Positions 26,801 to 29,002 of a stretch of 29,002 nt of DNA are shown one piece after another. The DNA lies in the IMG/VR virus record IMGVR_UViG_3300027973_000167, positions 1 to 29,002 of that record; one strand, given 5' to 3'. This DNA is from a virus (taxonomy: Duplodnaviria > Caudoviricetes). Made by a program: the position numbers and the translations under genes. Below the pieces are notes generated by a model, which searched no databases, was not told the origin of the DNA, and worked only from the letters and a program-made list of their open reading frames with translations. How positions within the stretch are numbered: the stretch's first letter is position 1; each line of letters starts with the position of its first letter.

Positions 26801-29002
26801 TTCCAGAACGCGCTGCGACTGGTGGAGGACGGGATGCGGGTGGCGGGCAACTACCAAGCCCTGCCCGGTGGCGGCATGCTCTCGCGCACGCCTAGCCTTC
26901 ACGGCGTGACCCCCACGCCGCTGCAATCCGTGCTCGCTCACCACGGCACGCCGCACAAGGTGCGCAAGTTCAGCTTGTCGAAGATCGGCACGGGCGAGGG
27001 TGCGCAGGCTTACGGGTGGGGACTTTACTTTGCGGAAAGCAAGGCGGTTGCTGAGGGGTATCAGCGTAAACTTTCGGTCGCAAATGAATATGCCAGAATG
27101 GCCCTGCAACTGAAGGGGTCCCGAGCAGCTGCCGTGGATTACATGCGCTCTGATTCGTGGGACCAAGCCAATAGCGATGTTAAGGCCGCTATTGGCGAAC
27201 TCCTCAACGACAATACCCAAGGCAATCTCTACACCGTCGAGCTTCTCCCCGACGAGGGCGACTTCTTGGACTGGGACAAGCCGCTGAGTGAGCAGTCAGA
27301 GAAGGTGCAAGCAGCGCTGGCTGCGATTATTGATAGTGCGGCCAAGTCATTTCCAACACTGCGCGGAAATAAGCAAGCGAGCGGTGCTGGCATCTATCAG
27401 GCATACGCAAGCCATCGCGGCGGTAACGCTCAAGCCGCAAGCCAAAAACTAGCTGAACTTGGCATCCCCGGCATCAAATACCTGGACGGCGGCAGTCGTG
27501 GCGCAGGCGATGGCACGCGCAACTACGTCATTTTTGACGAGAACCTGGTGCGCATCCTGGAAGAGAACGGGCAACCAATCAGCACCCCACCCCTCGCCTC
27601 CCCCGCCCAGCCCACCGGCCAAGTGCCCAGCCAAGCGGTGCCGCTGAAGCCGGAGTTTGGCGGGGCGTTTCCGGGGCATCTGCCTTACAAGGCCAAGGAA
27701 ATGCGTGAGTGGGCTGATGAAATCGTGCGGGAAATTGGCGGTTATACACAAGTGGCGGCGCAGGTGGAAGGAGGCCGTTTTTCTGAGGCGCAAGTGCCTT
27801 TCGTTTTGACTAAAGCAATCCTGGAAGCCGCATCCGTTGTTGGGGGTGCCAAGACGCAGGCGCAGCAGATAAGTGCCCAGGCGCAATTAAACCGTCTCCG
27901 CGCGCTGCTGAACCCGCAGAACAGGGTGGCGGGCCAAGCCCTGGTTGCGCAGCGCGATGCGCTGGGACCGATGCGAGATCGCGTGCCGGGCCTAGCCGTG
28001 GACGAGGCGTTGGAGAAGGCGCAGGTGCAGACCATTGATGCCGCGATCCCCGTGCAGCCCACGGTGACCGGCCTAGCCGATCTGACCACGCAGGCGAGCA
28101 CCGAGGCGACAGAGACGGTGGGGGCAATGCTGGAGGCTGAAGGCTTGGGGCTTGAGGAAGCCGACAGCACGCCGCAGGAGCAGGCGGCGGGCGAGGCTGT
28201 GCAGTCAGACTTGGAGGCCGAGGTGCTACGGCTGAAGCAGATGCAGACGGCGGAGAGGAATCAGTTCTCCCGCCTGACTACGAAGCTCCAGAAGATCCTC
28301 GCCACGTTGCAGGCCTTCGCAGGCAACAAGGGTGCGGTGATCGCGGGCGTGAAGGCGCGCCTGGCCGCACGCCGCGCTGCCCGTGCCAACACGGTGGCGG
28401 CAAACAAGCTGCAATCGCTGAGTTCCCCGGCCCAAGGCATCACGACCCCCACGCTGCCGGACACAGCGCTGGACGATGGGCTTGAGGTGCTGCTTACCCA
28501 GGGCATCCAGATTGACGACTGGAAGGCCGCCATGACCAAAAAGCTGGGGCCGAAATATGCCAGCCAGCTCACCGACCTCTATGAGCGTGCCGTTGACCTC
28601 TATCAGGCGGAATTGACTGCGGCCCATGCCGAGGTGGAGAAGCGGGTGAAGGAGAAAAAGGCCAAGCAAAAGCCCACGACCCGCCCGCAGCCGCAGCGCA
28701 AACCCCTTGCCCAGAGCTTTCCCGACCTAGCCAAGATGCTGCGCAAGCTGGGGCCTGCGATCAGCGGCTTGAATTGGCGGCAGATCATGACCAGCACTGC
28801 CACGGCCCAGCGCCAGTGGGAGCTGGACACCTATGCGCAGATCCGCCAGCACCCAAGGCTCTCCGCTTTGTCACCGGAGCAGGCCAAGCAACTGACCCGC
28901 GAACTGTCCAAAGCCTGGCAGCGTGAACGCCGGAAGGTGTGGAAGCGTGAACTCGAGAAGACCCTGATTGCCGCTGGCATGGCCAAGCCGAAGCACCGGG
29001 CG
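20870..29002 (+). CDS. Giant polyvalent virion-delivered protein, 3'-truncated (at least 2711 aa)
   Basis: Hand translation from ATG 20870 (MPIDTEQLDVDL...) found no stop up to the window end. Contains ART-like domains (~25556-26083, ~26939-27570), zincin HEVLH (26456-26470) and a winged helix (~25277-25519). Confidence 0.9.
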   Translation, partial: MPIDTEQLDVDLEAVRALPDWQDEGKRRGLIRSLSANSYAAQDPEQHQAFTSKLWEAADPRSTLQKAGEFIGSATEEVVKSIPAVPAAAALAITDATGQTDTGSGFRLQRGVMDLAEQGFQRAKQFAVGEGAVGATLNTIMGAARLAGLPVPASAQAERDQTLTALKQDIDTGAVPDSVARWLAGADVGDDPDVKQWQDGLSRGLGEAALKAQGMGTVQPEALDAWLKSDRNPLRGGINDDNTDFSTRDMLADYLATRDPQSWNAFTNRVAETNGQYQTRIGRAVREGTQLKQMGQNGLMGELLGRGADMQGSPIDLASAALPLLRGMKLLKAVKEGASGLRGIAAGMGEEFAQEAGTEYLGDARASDMQVLEAGGMGAVGSGVLEGGFATAGRVLRNRPNAELPPMQTGNPQIDQVNAVLRASGPRPNGPISRTGIARAAAQRLSELERAMLGPVQVGRDGQVEQNISRRLNTQEQEEYDFLQAALDDPAGPQHEKLAAAYGYDLKAVNQVQPSELPMGNEGASDEDFDAFEQTRALASQRPPTTPASPFASVNDRNVPANAPASSGMAQGVVGSTPAAGTDVSFDPAEILRRRRVQNEQYTVYNSDGDVDRAASQAKRNTAAAAAGLSRGDWETQNSAANTQAKKDFFAALNKGDEVSWTDSNGKSRTGKVEVSLNGEKQVRDTTEGSAAQDFLYGWQTGEFDMNSSSLSVKRKGSTPPTGTIPSEFEYALTLAERLASQGDTAASESVIDLVRTKLAALTTKQPPPGWFLSGKTPEQWDEQRAVNEQLQQQIEQRLAKPPARTNRELGTRNQEPVPSIDNIGTKFAPPQVRTVPVIPDNPLGYRDSLDFLNEMPIAISRSGTGGELDWQETANIPKYYRPFIANEQGLPIDVVAEAAYEANLIPQPTADALMKRVQEDIGARRTYRVQGREQKAELLTREKQTVSFDKSQTKLGNKATAVQVPFDSLATGDQLTIDGEQVTVRAVESDEDGYLTKVVLEDGKKFGVQEFNPQSREGVFVDAFDPKPRLAGEPEVFSPAQTGDAVPSGLTEAEVKRWRKIEFLAGKYNLDLSAEDRPFDDWREVWLNLRNARSWLEVAASYRRGETKISPGAIERFAKQQSGYATNAISNAEKMAVTALAKSGQQPKPKMGFRLLGKVTKTPWGSRYYHFDYKGQWWYVRVADHANTANRAGIDDNTLGRYYTTSGMSLPQRLNIVLDEPASSDAVALAYAKSGVEAALEQFGLTKDDADNYYQPVLRGKDGSITFDDPEYLQEQLAESRNEKAQSTPLTGQAGESRLDMLGRGPSKTEQSKSPPSTAAVNPNLNPAALESPARGLGRGLGAILGQPPPGAATSQRPTTTAPANAPAMSQALFDRARAVTSQQALPPVELEELFTRARNLLANDGSMELRPSDRTVIPQALAKLAAGENPQLIVNQWKEHRNQVLMGRTTAATPFAEYAQATTDPGTPRARLLSAYAQLDRTGQGYVRIPDLVRASGLPIADVREVLIDLSDRNQAYLTPADEPRNIPAGDRSLLVVGPSGPSLYVTLPNPAALASPAQLTAQDAAYMAAVEAGDIDKAWSMVVAAAKKAGLSDLLFHGTDSEFTEFDAKKAGSRTRGPKANLAFWFTESENHSLERGSISMPVFLKYENPLTISELTDTFTAGNIVERAKNSGHDAVIFEKLDDLDGSSDGVYSVALIVNDKVATQIKSADPVTRDEQGNVIPLSQRFNSDSDSILYSPPTVSSRTVYKRNTTLNKAELARLGLPTDTGKSVQGQKPVKEALSRIAKDKRLPVTVRRMAKELQNADLSGLYFQVVADGRKQYTGLYQPLRGGQGELVVNLRHLGRGNVDPALNMAETLVHEVLHHATYRALRGPKNDVQRAAIGNLEQLRRRVKAVLGSQQMADFDYQTKNIDEFIAALFTQKPFQDALAAIPAEATPKSLVQQVRTMLDEAFRLLAEIVTGKKVPPGSVLDAAFQNALRLVEDGMRVAGNYQALPGGGMLSRTPSLHGVTPTPLQSVLAHHGTPHKVRKFSLSKIGTGEGAQAYGWGLYFAESKAVAEGYQRKLSVANEYARMALQLKGSRAAAVDYMRSDSWDQANSDVKAAIGELLNDNTQGNLYTVELLPDEGDFLDWDKPLSEQSEKVQAALAAIIDSAAKSFPTLRGNKQASGAGIYQAYASHRGGNAQAASQKLAELGIPGIKYLDGGSRGAGDGTRNYVIFDENLVRILEENGQPISTPPLASPAQPTGQVPSQAVPLKPEFGGAFPGHLPYKAKEMREWADEIVREIGGYTQVAAQVEGGRFSEAQVPFVLTKAILEAASVVGGAKTQAQQISAQAQLNRLRALLNPQNRVAGQALVAQRDALGPMRDRVPGLAVDEALEKAQVQTIDAAIPVQPTVTGLADLTTQASTEATETVGAMLEAEGLGLEEADSTPQEQAAGEAVQSDLEAEVLRLKQMQTAERNQFSRLTTKLQKILATLQAFAGNKGAVIAGVKARLAARRAARANTVAANKLQSLSSPAQGITTPTLPDTALDDGLEVLLTQGIQIDDWKAAMTKKLGPKYASQLTDLYERAVDLYQAELTAAHAEVEKRVKEKKAKQKPTTRPQPQRKPLAQSFPDLAKMLRKLGPAISGLNWRQIMTSTATAQRQWELDTYAQIRQHPRLSALSPEQAKQLTRELSKAWQRERRKVWKRELEKTLIAAGMAKPKHRA
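22523..22616 (+). other. tRNA-like element inside the giant CDS (degenerate, probably not a functional tRNA)
   Basis: Acceptor GCCAGTG/CGCTGGC, T8-A9, T-arm GTGGG-TTCGACT-CCCGC, discriminator A then CCG. No canonical anticodon arm. Confidence 0.6.
23001..23042 (+). other. Second, truncated tRNA-3'-end-like element
   Basis: GGGTTCAACTCCACCCACTGGCACCA, 21/25 nt identical to 22591-22615 and ending in ACCA. TGTCAGT (23001-23007) pairs with ACTGGCA. Confidence 0.5.
23293..23320 (+). repeat. Heptamer tandem repeat (GGAACYV)x4
   Basis: GGAACTG GGAACCA GGAACCA GGAACCC. Confidence 0.8.

Noticed and set aside
20855-28830. The many short track ORFs on both strands in the last 8 kb
   Set aside because: All are shadows of the single long + strand frame starting at 20870.
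1-29002. CRISPR array, integrase, transposase, DGR reverse transcriptase or stop-codon recoding
   Set aside because: I found no repeat-spacer array or such genes by eye. Genes are intact in the standard code, with TAA, TGA and TAG all used as stops.
20870-29002. Virion RNA polymerase (N4- or crAss-like) within the giant protein
   Set aside because: No DxDGD/DFDID or T7-type polymerase motifs in a convincing context in the visible part. The lone SDGDVD near 22690 sits in a short variable cassette. The missing C-terminus cannot be judged.

Overview
A 29 kb segment of a GC-rich, probably podovirus-like tailed dsDNA phage (or prophage). All credible genes are on the + strand. Gene order: DnaB helicase (probably 5'-truncated), SSB-like protein, conserved hypothetical, small and large terminase, glycosyltransferase-like gene, two small possible DNA-binding genes, portal, scaffold, major capsid protein with an inserted beta-domain, lysis cassette (TIGR02594-type endolysin plus membrane proteins), an apparently split head-tail adaptor with a fibre gene between its halves, tail genes, a collagen-like gene next to a 2OG-Fe(II) oxygenase, and a Gly-tract virion protein. 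The window ends with a giant ORF (20870 to beyond 29002, at least 2711 codons) that the ORF track missed because it has no stop here. I translated it by hand. It is a polyvalent protein with a HExxH zincin, two ADP-ribosyltransferase-like domains, a winged helix and a ParB-like N-terminal peptide. Its modules are separated by a recurring L/V-x-S-P-A-Q motif, and two tRNA-3'-end-like sequences bracket one module in frame. Most starts lack Shine-Dalgarno motifs, which suggests a non-SD host such as Verrucomicrobia or Planctomycetes (inference). Family calls come from motif recognition by eye; no database searches were run.
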